From: Eledone cirrhosa
Taxonomy: Eukaryota
Direction of reading: 5' to 3'
Assembly (NCBI GenBank): GCA_964016885.1
Contig: OZ024743.1
Coordinates: 125,798,001 to 125,862,000, forward strand
Length of the DNA: 64,000 nt
The notes under the pieces are model-generated. The model was not told the DNA's origin. It was given only the letters and a program-made list of their open reading frames with translations, and made no database searches. The position numbers were made by a program, and so were the translations under genes. Shown here piece after piece: positions 47,740 through 60,937 of the stretch (the stretch's first letter is position 1; each line of letters starts with the position of its first letter).

Positions 47740-48215
47740 TTCATCATTATTTCAGTGTTTTGATATCAGCTCTAACTACTTCTGCCCAATTCTTCCTTGG
47801 TCATCTTCTCCTGAAATTGCCTTCCACTGGCATCTCTTGGTACCAGCAATTATCATCCATATGCATCACATTTCCATACCAACATAATCTTTTCTTTTGC
47901 ACACAACATCAGCTTCCTCTTATATTCAGTCTTTCTCTCAGCTAACCCATACTTCATGTTCTTGCACATTAACATTACACATCCAATGGAGCATGCTCAC
48001 TTCATTTTTCTCCAGTATTCACATTGCTATGTTTCACTGCTATATAACATTGAACTTCTTATGCATGCATTATACTTTGCTCTGAGAGAAAATCCCTTTG
48101 TTGTCAACAGAGATAGTAGATCCTTGAACTTCTTTGATCTTGTTCTTATTCTAGCTACTACTATGGTGTCAGAGAAACCTCCAGTGCTGCTAATTAGGTC
48201 ACCTAGGTCACAGAA
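47740..48215 (-). mobile_element. Degraded RTE 3' fragment
   Basis: Minus-strand similarity to DLISS.GG.S...ARIR and LRWYGHV regions. Confidence 0.7.
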
Positions 48216-51200
48216 TATATAAATATATATTAATGACCAAGCTAAAACAAAAATGAAATGTATGAACTAGACATAGTCTCCTCTCTAGCCTAGTTTCCAA
48301 GCATGACAGCCTATGGTAAATTTATAGAAAAGCACCTGCTGGGTTTCACTAAGAAAATTTTATTTTTTCTAGGTTTTCCATGTTTTCAACTAATCTGACC
48401 TCCGACATGCTCGCAATCAACTTTTTTTCTGAAAACAAAATTTTGACTCTCGGATTTTCCCAGCCTCAGAGTTTTCTTTGGTGAGAATTTTTTTCTTTTA
48501 TAGGTTTTTCATTTGTTTTCAACAATCTGACGTCTGACTCACTCCCATATGACTCCTTTTTCCGAAAACAGAGGCAAGGAGGGTGGGGACCCTCAAAGTT
48601 ATAGATAAGCACCTCTCAGCTGTTTCAATTTATAGAAAAGCACCTACTGGGGATCACTATGAAATATATTTTTCCTAGATTTTTTTTCATGTTTTCAACC
48701 AATATGATCTTCATCATGCTCACAATCAACTTTTTTTCTAAAAACAGAACAGGGTGTGGGGGAGGGGGGGTCTGTCTGGCCCAGGTGGGCATGGGGGAAG
48801 TAAATGTCTAATGACTATGTCAGTGTACTCCCCTCTCACCTCTACATGCCTGATACACCTTTCTTGTACAACCCATGCATGCATGGAAAGCTAGACACTC
48901 TCCACACCCGCTCTCCCTTAGTGCTGGTACTACAACAAAAAAATACCCAGTCCACCCTGTACAGTAGTAGTGATGGAGCCACAACAGCCAAAAGCACCCA
49001 GTCCACCCTGTAGGTGGTCATGCTGGTGCAATGAGAAAAAAGCACCCAGTCCACCTTGTCAGGATGTTCTCCAGTAAGGCAATGAAAAACACTCAGTCCA
49101 CCCAGTGGTAGTGCCACGAAAAAAGGCCTGCCTCATTACATAACAATCTGTCTAACCCATGCAAGCGTGGAAAATGGATTTTAAACAGTGATGATGATGA
49201 TATGTGTGTGTGTGTGTGCATATGTTTGTTTCTGTGTACGTCTCTTTTTTGCATTGACACCACTTTGGCAGATGATGATGTTTGTTTAAGGTTCGCATAA
49301 ACATTATGTCCCTCCCTCACCATCTCAGCAGATCAATACCTTACTTTGAAACAAATAAGGGTTGGCATCAGACAGGGCATCCATCTGTAGAAAACTGCCT
49401 CAACAAAGTCTCACACAACCCATACCAACATGAAGAAGCACTTGTAAAAACAATGACAATGCTGTTGATGATAATTAACTGTACTGCAACAACACCAACT
49501 ACCTGGTGTAACTCAGTTTCCTCTTCTCTGTCTATCCACTAATTATACCTCTTTAATAATAAGGTCTGTCACTTTCATTGTTGAAGTTTATGTCAGGGTT
49601 ATATATGTGGTTTAGTCCAGGGTCAACCATAATTAAGCAGACCTATGATCTAAGGTGTTCCTCATGTAACCATGCTGTTTTCTTTTTCTTTTTTTTTTTT
49701 CAGATGAAGTGTATCCAATGTTTCCTCTTGGCCCAAGAAGTTAAAAAGTTCTCTTCACAATGACAAGGTTCTGGGTTTGATTCCATTGTTTTACACCTTG
49801 GGCTAATGTCTTGGGTTGACCCAAGCCTTCAGTGAAATTGGATGGATGGAAACTGTTTGAAAGCTCATTGGATGGACTGTAACTCAAGTATCCAGACTAG
49901 TCACAAAGTGTGTCACACTGAATCTCCCTTTAGAATTATATTAAAAGTACAATATTCCATTGATCAAACAATTGGTACATTTATCATTGAAACTGGCAGA
50001 AGTTCTTTACCATCCTTTTTTTGTAATATAGTAGATATGTTGTTTAAGAGAGAGAGATGCTGCAATGGTTGAGCAGTCTTATTGTCAAAGGTATTTCCCA
50101 TATGACCATCCCATCTTTTTGTATATCTAGTACTACATTAGCCAAGCCAATGTACTCTTCCTTTTTTAAGATGATAGGTTACGAATTAAAGGAAATTAAC
50201 TGCCATTTCCTGCAGGTCAGTTTTAAATATTGATATTCTTTTAACTGTTTTACCCTTTTGATGTCAAACCAACTAAAACTATTCCTGGTTCTACAATATA
50301 AAACATTTATTTTAAAGTGCATATATTTATCTAAAAACTTTCCACCTTAGGTTTGTGTAAGAACATTTATGTTCCAAACACCAGCTTAATAAGGAAAAAG
50401 ATAGTTATTTTACTAAATCTCTCCAAATCCTTGCTTATTTTCCAAATTATTTAAAAATAATAGGTAGGGTCTTTCATTAGAAATATGGAATTGAAAAGGT
50501 TAAAATATTTTTGAGATTATTAATGTGACATTTAAAATGCTAAACATATAGAGAACAAAATCGTGACCACTCAAAAGCATCCTTTTTTTTATCTACATTA
50601 CTTATCTACATTACTTATCTACATTACTTATCTACATTCATATAAATAGACTTATTATATAAGTCTATTTATATGAAACTGTTATTTATTTTATCATCAT
50701 CATCATCATCATCATCATCACTGTTTTACATCCATTTTTCATGCTGGCATGGGTTGGACGTATTGTCATATTCTAAGACTAGACAGGTCAGATAACTACA
50801 TCTTGCTCATACATTCCATTTTAGAATGGTTTCTACAGCAGGATGTTCTTACTAATACCAACCACTTTACAACATGCATTGGGTACATTTTATCATGACA
50901 CAAGCACTTCCACTACACAGAGTGGACTAGGTGCATTTTATTGTGGCACCAGCACTACTACTTTACTGCTTGTACTGTGTGCATTTTATCATGACACCGG
51001 CACTACCCTTTTACTCTATACATTTTTCAACCCATTTGCAGTTAGTTTATTTCTAAAGTTCACATTATACATCCAACAATGGCTGTGTGGTTAAAAAGTT
51101 TACTTCACAACCAGATGATCTTTGGTTCTCTTGCATCCCACTGCATCATATATCCTGGCCAAGTGTCTTCTACTATAACCTTTGGCTGACCAATGTCATT

Positions 51201-51285
51201 TAAAGGAATATAGTAGGTGGAAACTGTGAAAAAGTCAATTGTATGTGTATATATATACATATATATACATATATATAGAAATATA

Positions 51286-51320
<35 letters not shown>

Positions 51321-51323
<3 letters not shown>

Positions 51324-51850
51324 AAGCTGAAAGACCTTTCACTAAAATATAAATTTAGGAAAGCCCTTCAAGATGTGTATGACGAAAAAGAAGATGATTT
51401 AGAGTCGTATGACATAGATGATAACTGGAATTTCTTATGTGACAACTTACTGCAGGCTACTGAAGAAACTTGTGGTTGGAGCAGAGCTCCAACCAAACAG
51501 AGAGTGACCTGGTGGTGGAACAGCACAGTAGATAAGGCCATTAGAGACAAAAGACTAGCATGGAAGGCTTGGAAAAATGGTGGGAGTAGAGACGGATACA
51601 CAGCCGCTAAGAGAGAAGCTAGACGTCAGGTGTACTTAGCACACAGGGAGGCTGAGAGTAGGAGGTTTGCTAATGTTCTGCAACGGGAAGATCAGAGGCG
51701 TGCGGTGTTCCACATTGCAAGGCAGTGTGTCTGCAAATCAGGATGTTGTTGGAGATAAGTGTGTCCGGAATGATGCTGGTGTACTTAGTGTCACAAATGA
51801 TCAGAAAAAGGAGGCCTGGAAATGTCATTATGAGAGACTGATGAATGTGT
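51321..51850 (+). mobile_element. RTE LINE internal fragment (APE-RT linker)
   Basis: TWWWNSTVDKAIRDKRLAWKAWK motif. Confidence 0.85.
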
Positions 51851-54800
51851 TAATACATTACTGTCCAGAGTAAACACAACAGTTAAAAAGTGTGACACCA
51901 AGAAAAATGACCGAAGGCAGTGGTCATACATATACCACAACACCAATAAATACAGAAAGGTTGAAAACTAACCTGGACCATCTCTTATTGATTAGAATCG
52001 ATATAATCAAGAAAAAATATAGGTATATATAACCACCTCAACACACTCCAGGCTATTTAAACTTGCCTATCTACTTCACTCATCCTGACAAAACTTTTTT
52101 TTTTTCAAGTTTCCAACCTCCTCTTTCTCCCAACTTTACTCTTTCTATGTGAAACACTAACATCCAATACATTGAGACATTCTTTTTCCTTTTCCAGCAA
52201 GTTTGAAACTAATAAGACATTGTGTAATTGTAACTATGTATTTGTCATTGTTTATCTTGAACTGTGTGCATATATACATTATCATCATCATCATAGCCAT
52301 CATCATTATTTTTACATCCGCATTTCTATACTGGCATGGGTTGAATGGGATGTTTAGAGAGACACTGTTTTACAACCGGATGCTCTTCCTGGTGCCAACC
52401 TTTTCAGTTACCTCTTACAACACACAAGAATATGGTGTACCTATTCTAAACACCAAACTCCATACATATATAAACATATAGATTTATATATGTGTGTGTG
52501 CGTGTGTGTATGTGTGTATGTGTGTGTGTGTGTTTCTCTCTTCTCTTCACATTCAACGTCACAAGTAGTGACATTTGTCTACATTCCATGTAAACAGATA
52601 CCACAGCTCAGTGGTTAGATGTGCAAACACAGTACCTTACTTAAAAAAAACATATAAGGGCATCAAACTGTAGAATTTTGCCTCAAAAAAGTCCCATCTT
52701 ACCCATATCACCTTGAAAAAAATGAATATAAAATTGATGATGAAATTAAAACGAGATAATTTTTCCTTAGGCTTCCTACCTCCAATATTTTCTGTCTTCA
52801 ATGATTATCATTCCTGTCCCTTTAAATCATTGGAATCCTTTAATAGTTCATTAGGAGGAACAGCAGTAACTAAGTAGTTGAGTATTGATTTGAATATTTT
52901 TAAGGGCTTAGTTAGATGAAGAAAGATGGCATCCATAACCCTTTCCAGACCTCCAAGGTGCAAGGAAGGAAATCAGTTCTCCTCAATCCAAAGACCTGAC
53001 CTAAATGCTTACAACAAAGTGGCCTCTCCTAAAGGCATCCAAAGACCTGGTGGTTGTGTTAAACTGGACAACAGATTAGATCTACATGATTGGGAAAAGG
53101 TGGTCCAAAAGGTTGGGAAAAAACATTGGATAAAGTCTTTAATAAGAAACTGAGAGAAGAGACACATAGATGTATTGAAATGAGGAAAACCAGGTGCAGT
53201 TGTCACTCTCATATGCTACATCATCTCCTTACACCGGTTTTTTTCTTTCACCTCAAGAAGGGCCAAAGTGGAAGAAAGATGTGGTAGAAGTAGGTTAAGG
53301 AAGATACAGGAAGAAGTGGTGAAAGCTGATCTCAGGAGGCTAAACTTAATGAAGGAGATGAGAAGGAATATCAAAAAGTGGTGAGATGCTATGTTGAAGA
53401 AGTCATGTCCAACCTACTCATGCATGATAAAGCAGACATAAAAATGATGGAGCTGACCTGTACATGGTCTGTATCTGTGTTTATAGTGTTTACCAGTGCA
53501 AATTAGGGCATCAAGTAATATTGCATTATGCCAGAATGGTAAAACTTGGCTAATTTCATAAATAAATATTGATAAAATAAGAGCTGGTGTTGATATGATT
53601 GACTAAAACACTTGAAGGTAGTGGCTCAACATAGCTGCACTCCAATGATTGAAACTAGTAAGAGAATATAAGAATGTATACTTGATTGTTTGTCTAACAA
53701 AATAAGATGTCTAATAATAGTTTCAGCAAATACTATTTAATGGCAACTGGACAATCAACATTAAAATACCCAAAGCCACTTATTTGTAAATGGCTGAAAC
53801 AAAACAAAGAAAGAATAAATAAATAAAGCATATTACAGCAATTCATTCATCTGGCAAGTTTATGTGAATTATTAACTGACACTGGCACAAGGCCACACAT
53901 TTTTGGAGGGAAGATATAGTCAAAAGCAAGGCGGCAGATTGGCAGATTCGTTAGGGCGCAGATTAAAAATGTTTCGGTATTTGTTCTGGTTCACAGCACT
54001 CTGTTCAAATCCCATTGAGCTCAGGTTTGCTTTTCGTCCTTTCAAAGTCAATAAGTGCCAGTCCAATACTGGGGTTGATTCTCTCTCTCTCTCTCCCTCC
54101 CCCCCCCCCCTCTCTCTCTCTCTCTCTTTCTCTCTCTCTGGAAGAAAGGAAGGAAGGAATTGGATGTGTTCCGGCATATAGTGGAGAGGGAAGGACACTG
54201 CCATGTTTAAAATGCCCAAGACATTGTGTATGTCAGATCTCCATCAGGGTCCTTTACTTTATATTACAGTAAAATGCAGCAAGCAAGTGGGGAATTGGCA
54301 GTATTCATTCTGGCACTCTGCATTCTGAGTTCAATCAGAATGCAGAGGTCAACATTGCCATAGTCAACATTGCCTTCCATCCTTTCAAGGTTGATAAAAA
54401 AAAGTACCAGTCAAGTACTGGGGTCAATTCTTCCACTGTATCTTTCTAACTTCACTTCTCTTTTTCTGTGGGAGAAATCAGCTGTGTTCAGACCTGGAGA
54501 GGGGATGGGCTCCAGCAGGGTTTAAAAAACACTCCTATGACTCTGTTAGGAGTCACAGGGCCCATACAAACATACAAAAGCAGCAAATAGGCAGAATTGT
54601 TAGAGCATTGTTTAGCAGTATTTGATCTGGTTCTTTGTGCAATTCTCTGAGCAATTTTCTCTTTCATCCTTTTGACATTGATAGAGTATTGGCAGAATTG
54701 TTAAAGCATCAGAAAACATGCTTTGGGATATTGGTTTGTGTTCTCTGTTTTGGGATATTGTCTTGGCCACATGCCTTCTCAATAATAATGAAGATTAAGG

Positions 54801-56899
54801 GGTTACTGTTGTTGCTTCTGCTGTTGATAACTATGTTAATGATATTGATGGCAGTGATGGTGGTGACAATGATGGTGATGATGCTACTGAAGATGATGAT
54901 GATATTGGTTATGATGATGACAACGATGACAATGAGAATGGTAATAATTATATGGAAAGGGGAAAAGTAATTTGTGAGCCAATATTCATTTTTTCAACGC
55001 CCCCAATATTTTTTTTTATCTTCACAAAAATATTTTAAAAAATAAAGGAAATGAAATAAAGAGAACTAAAATAATTAGTTATTATTAATCTTACTTCCTT
55101 TGAAAATAGAAAATAGAATGAAAATTGTCTTTGAGAGTGTGTTCTCTATTGAAACATCAACATTTTGCCACTGTACAAAATTATGATGGAAGATTTTTAC
55201 TTAAAAAGGAACCTATCAAAATGTATGGTTTTGTTTCATAGTACCAGAGCTGGTTTTGGCTGGATTAGTATCAAAAGGGTTAGGCCTAACTTTTAGAACC
55301 AGTGAACAGGAACCTTCTGGAGGAAAGGGAGAAAAATTGTTATTATTTTGCAGCAATAAAAAAAATCAATATCCTTTTGAGGACTATCCAAAATGCCTAT
55401 TGTCTGACTCCCATCTGCTAACATTTTTATTCTCTAATAATATTATTAATTCACTTTCTTTTCTATGAAGCAATCATTTTTTTTCAACCAATCAAACAAC
55501 AGAATATTCTGGCTTGTGGTCTCACACGAAATTTGAATTGAATATAGTCAGATGCTCCAAAGGTTAAAACTAACAGCGATTGTTGCTGACATACATAAAA
55601 CCTACTGATTGATAAATTTAGTACATATACAAGAAGAAAACAAAACGTTACACGGAATTAAGATATTAATTCTGTTATCATTCAAAATTCTACTCATGGC
55701 TGTTTTCGTATTTGCATATTTGGGCCTTTTTTCTATTATTACTTTCATTGTTGTCGTCATCATCATCATCAACATCATCATTTAACGTCCCTTTTCCCTG
55801 TTAGCAATGGTTAGACAGGTCATGACAGACTAAGTCAATACTTAATTGGAGCTACTGATCTTATGGATGGGCTCAAATCTCACTTATATACATTTCCACA
55901 CTCCACAAAGTGCACTGGTTGCATTTTATCATGGCATCAACACTAGAGTGAATGCCATGTCCTGGACATAACTGAAGAGTTCTCTCACTCATTTTTTGGT
56001 ATGGTTTTTGCAGTTAGGTGCCCTGCCTCTCATTAACTATCTTACAGGATGTACTGGGTGTATTTTTCATCGCACCAGCACTAGAGAGGTTGTTGCATTG
56101 TAACCAGCGAATCCTATCAACCCTTTTTCATATGGTTCCTATGGCTGAAAGCCTTTTCTAACACCAACTCTGGGGTAACTCTCTCCCTCCATGTTCAATT
56201 TATGCTATTTTGAAAAAGACTCTGATAAACAGTGATTTCCAAATAGAAAATTATACACCCTAGTGTTATAAAAACAGAGTACCTAACTTTACACACAATA
56301 TTCAGTAAATATGACCAAAAACAAACTGTTAGAGACAACAAGTGACAAAACTCAGGAGCTGCAATAAAACACACTCATTGTAAACACGAACAATAATGAT
56401 GATAATGGTGATAATAATTGTTTCTACGTTAGGCACAAGGCCAACAATTTGGAGGAAGGGAAAAGTTGATTAAATCAACCCCAGTGTATTATTGGTACTT
56501 TATTTTATCAACACAGTAAGGTTGAAAGGCAAAGCTGATCTCAGCAGGATTTGAACTCAGAATGTAAGGAACTGGAACAAATACCACAAAGGCATTATAT
56601 CCAACTCAGAATTATGAGAGAGGGGAAAAATCAATTAAATTGACATCACTTTATTTTATTGACCCCAGAAGGATGAAAAGCAAAGTTCACTTCAATAGGA
56701 TTTGAAATCTGCCTGATCAGATACTGCAAAGAATTTTGTCTGACTCATGTTAATTATAATAACTGTGTGGAAAATATAATTTAGAGAGGACTGATAGGTA
56801 TTGCAGACTAGTGGAAGAAAATGAGAAAATAAAAATATGAGATTTCAACATTAAATATGATCAAATGACTGAGGCTAGAAGGTCAGATAAGGAAATACA

Positions 56900-57278
56900 T
56901 TGTATAATGATAGGTATAGCATCTTTGGTGACAACAGAATGTGTGAGGAAGAACAAGAACAGATTGAAAATATCAAGATCGGAAAAGAGAAATTGCATAA
57001 GTGTGGAGCATGAAAAAAGTTGAAATTGTGCCAGTTGTATTTGGCACTCTTTGTACAATTATGAAGAATATGAAATCATGGTTGGAGAAGATGTAAATCT
57101 AAATTCAAATAGATCTATTACAGAAAACCAGGTTATTAGGAACTGCAAGGTTCCTAAGGGAGGTGCATGAAAGTTGAGCTAATGAAAGTGTCCTGAAGGA
57201 CCTTTAGTCGTAGGTTATGACTTGCTCCTGGGATTGGAAAAATGACAAGCATCTGTGATACGGATAATAATAAAAAAA
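56900..57278 (+). mobile_element. Degraded R4/Dong-like 3' end with (TAA)n tail
   Basis: IEKYQD.KREI..VWSMKKVEIVPVVFG; LLQKT.LLGTAR.LR. Confidence 0.65.
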
Positions 57279-60090
57279 TATTTTTTCTAACACCCTCCTT
57301 AGAATCCTTCCTGTTCCTAGCAAGGTAGTTTTCTGCAACAATCCCATCTTGATGGTAATTCCTTGCTTCTCAAGCCATGCATTTAACATTTTACTAACTG
57401 CTCCCAGTGCACCAACCACAATCAGCACCACTCCTATGTGTCTGATTCTCCACAGTTTCCTGATTTTTCTCTTCAATGCCTGGTATTTTTCAACTTTCTC
57501 ACTTTCCTTCTTATTCACCCTGTGGTCCTATGGTGAAGCAATATCCACAATACATGCCTTGTTGTTCTCCTTTTCTATGACAACAACATTAGATTTTCTA
57601 GCCATGGTAAAATGGTCCCTAAGATCTTATATTGTTTGTTTTCAGCAACCCTTTCCTGTTGGTGTTTATACCATTTCTCACTTCTGCTCATGTCATATGT
57701 CCAATGAACCAATCTGGCAATGTTGTTGAGCTTTTACTTCTACTCTTTTTGAGCAAGCATCTTACATTCACTGGAGAATTCACTGACTTGATATATTGAA
57801 CTTGATGTAGTTCATTCTCAGTGCCTGTTCCTGAGCTTCAGTTTCAACTTTTAAGTCACTTTTCTTAGTCCATTCCCAGTTCTTACTTTTGTCAACTATC
57901 TCAGGCATTTCATGCAAGAATTGACCATACATTTCTTCCATTTATTCAAGGTGTCATTCTGTCTGTCTTGTTTAAATGATCCCCTTTCCTTTGCTTCATC
58001 ACTGTTTAAGACCTTTATCTCTCTTACTCCTGTCATCAATCTCTCCTTTGAATTCTGTACATACCATGCCAGATTATTTTCCTCTGACTCCACACCCATT
58101 TCACAGCCAATGAGATCTTTTCCTCCTCTCTGTCATGATAGATACAACCTGCTCATATCACTTTTGGAGTGTAGAGCCCTTTGTAGTGTCATCATTTTCC
58201 TAGTCTCTATCTAGCTCCTTAAGTTCATCACATCTCCACTCTATCACATCAGCGCTATACATTAGAGTTGCAACAGCCCATGTGTTGATAGCCAATATCT
58301 TATTCCTACTGTAGCCGGAGGCATTCGGACTTACCTTGCGTCTCTCTGGTCCATGTGGGGTACTTTCCGCTCGCGTCTGTCTTCACACGTCTCTCACAGG
58401 GCGTATAGCTAAGAGGCCTCTGTTGACTGCCTGGTCCCTTGAGTCGTCCCTGTCCTCCTGCTTCCAGTAAGGCGTCCCCCAACTTCCGGCAATCCCCTCC
58501 CACAGCAGCTCTACACTCTTCTCTATCCCGCGGCAGCCCCATACCTACCACTTAACACCAACTTCAATCTCCATTTATATTCCTTTGAGAATAGTTCTTT
58601 CATTTCCTTATTTGGTCTGTTTCCAGGATGCCTAAGTACTTATACCAGTTGTCGTCAATTTCCTTCATAACTTGTCTGTCCAGTAATTCAATTCCTTCAA
58701 TCTTATCAATTCTACCTTGCTTCACTAGTAGCACCCCACACTTTTTTATGTCAAATTCTATTCCTATGTCCATACTAAATGTATGAACTGTCTGTACATA
58801 GGATTTGCCATAAAGTTTTAGGTTTATATTAAACTCATGTCTTCCCCACTCATAACCAGCCTTTGACCTTCTCAACACCAATAAAAGTAGAATCATACAC
58901 AGTACAAACAGCAAAGGTAGAAGGCTGTCTCCTTGAAATATTCCTCTTTGATCTTCCAAAACACAAAATGTCTGTCTACATGATGTCAGCTCAGTCTTCC
59001 AACCATCCATACTGCTCACCAGAAACTGTCTAATGTTAGCTACAATACCAAACATTTCCAAACATTCTACTATCCAACTATATGGCACCATGTTGTAAGC
59101 CTTGTAGTATTCGATCCAGGCCATGGCAAGATTTGTGTGTCTCCTTTTACAATCTTTAAGGATCGCCTTATCAATCAATAATTGATACTTAGTCCCCCTT
59201 CTTCTTCTCCTACATCCCTTCTGCACTGCAGGTAGTGTCTCCTCCAGATATTCATATATTGCCTCAGCAATGGCACCTGTCATAAGTTTCCACATAAGGG
59301 GGGAGGGAGGCAAGAGATAGGTCTAAAGTTGTCAATTGTATTTCCATTGCTGGCAACCTCTCTCCTTCATTCAAAATCTTATTCAGTTGCTCAGCAATTC
59401 TCCCATGAAGGGCCCTCAGCTTTTTCAACCAGAATCCTTGCACACCATTTCTGCCGGGAGTTTTCCAATTTGGTATCTTTCTACACTGGATAGTTACCAT
59501 ATCAGTTGTTATCTCCAATTCTCCCTGTTGATCATCCCCAATGCCATTTTTGATGTTAGTCAGCCATTCCACACTTCTATTGTGCTCTTTTCCTACACTC
59601 TAGATATCGCTCCAAAACTTCTTACTTATATCCACATCAGGGATTACATCATCATTCCTAACCATGCCATTTACCTCCTGATAGAATTACTTCTGATTTT
59701 GTTGGAAACATACATTCTGTTTATACTGTGTAATCTGTTGATCATACCTCTTAATCTTTGCAACTTTGGCAAGTACCTTTTGTTTCAGCTCTTCTATTGC
59801 CATAGTAATCTTCTTTCTCCTGATATTGTACTTTCCTGTAATTTGTTCATTCTTTTCCCCCTTTTTTTAATTCACCCCATTTTTCCCTTTCCAGAGTATA
59901 AATATCTTTTCTAAGCATTTTGATGTCCCCTTCAATTCTCTTTTACCACCATGGTTCCTTGATCTGCTTTTGTGTAGTCTGTTTCAGACCTAACTCTTTA
60001 GTAATATAGATACTTGCAGTGCTGATGAGATTGTTGTTTTCTATAGTGGTTCTAGTTGGCACTGTGTCAAGGATGTTGTTTACTTTGTTA
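57279..60090 (-). mobile_element. Degraded R4/Dong-like LINE (RT plus RLE)
   Basis: [53 protein letters not shown]..., VVGALG. Confidence 0.88.
58310..58543. mobile_element. Probable solo LTR inserted into the R4-like element
   Basis: GC-rich 234-bp insert, TGT...ATA ends, 5-bp duplication CCTAC at 58305-58309 and 58544-58548. Confidence 0.65.
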
Positions 60091-60190
60091 GTAGCTGATG
60101 GTGGTTTGTTAATTTAAATATTTATTGTATCTTTACTGGTGGACAAATTATTGTGAACATTTTGCAGTAAACTAAAGACTAATTATTAAT

Positions 60191-60378
60191 TGATTCTACT
60201 TTTGGCACAAGGCCAGCAATTACCCAGTGCATTACTGGTACTTTATTTTATCGACCCCGTAAGGATGAAAGGCAAAGTTAACCTCGGCGGGATTTGAACT
60301 CAGAATGGAAAGGACCGTAACTCTATGCATCAAAGCATGGTGTCCGGCCCTCTACCGATACTGCTAATCCACAGCCCC
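60191..60378 (-). mobile_element. Young full-length Meta-type tRNA SINE with 22-bp target-site duplication
   Basis: aaactaaagactaattattaat at 60169-60190 and 60379-60400. Confidence 0.9.
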
Positions 60379-60750
60379 AAACTAAAGACTAATTATTAAT
60401 GTGAAGCAATTATAGTTCTGTTTTATTATTTTCAAAAATGCCTTGCTAATGTGATTTCATGTGGTTTATAAATTTAAACTAGTTGGCTCCGTGCCGTCAA
60501 AAATGAGGGCTAATTGTAAAATCTATACATAATATAAAAAAAGGGATGTTTGTTTGTTAGTTGATTGGTTGGCTGGTTCCTTCGCGCTCACTCACACAAG
60601 CGATACAAACATACAAACACACAGCTGTGATGAATCTTAGAGCGCTGGACTTCTATAGTTTCTCACCACCCCATTCCTCAGTTATCACATAGATGTGTGT
60701 GTATTAGATACCCCTTCCTTCCTCAGCCATCTCTAATGTATGGTGGTTAT

Positions 60751-60937
60751 TGTGGATTGGCAGTATCGTAGAGGGTCGGACGCCATGCTTTGACGCAAAG
60801 AGTTACGGCCCTTTCCATTCTGAGTTCAAATCCTGCCGAGGTTAACTGTGCCTTTCATCTTTACGGGGTCAATAAAATAAAGTACCAGTAATACACTGGG
60901 TAATTGCTGGCCTTGTGCCAAAAGTAGAAACAATTAT
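60751..60937 (+). mobile_element. Meta-type tRNA SINE
   Basis: Highly similar inverted copy of 60191-60378. Confidence 0.88.

Noticed and set aside
54635-54970. Met/Leu-rich membrane protein ORF
   Set aside because: Translation of SINE remnants and a degenerate (GAT)n microsatellite
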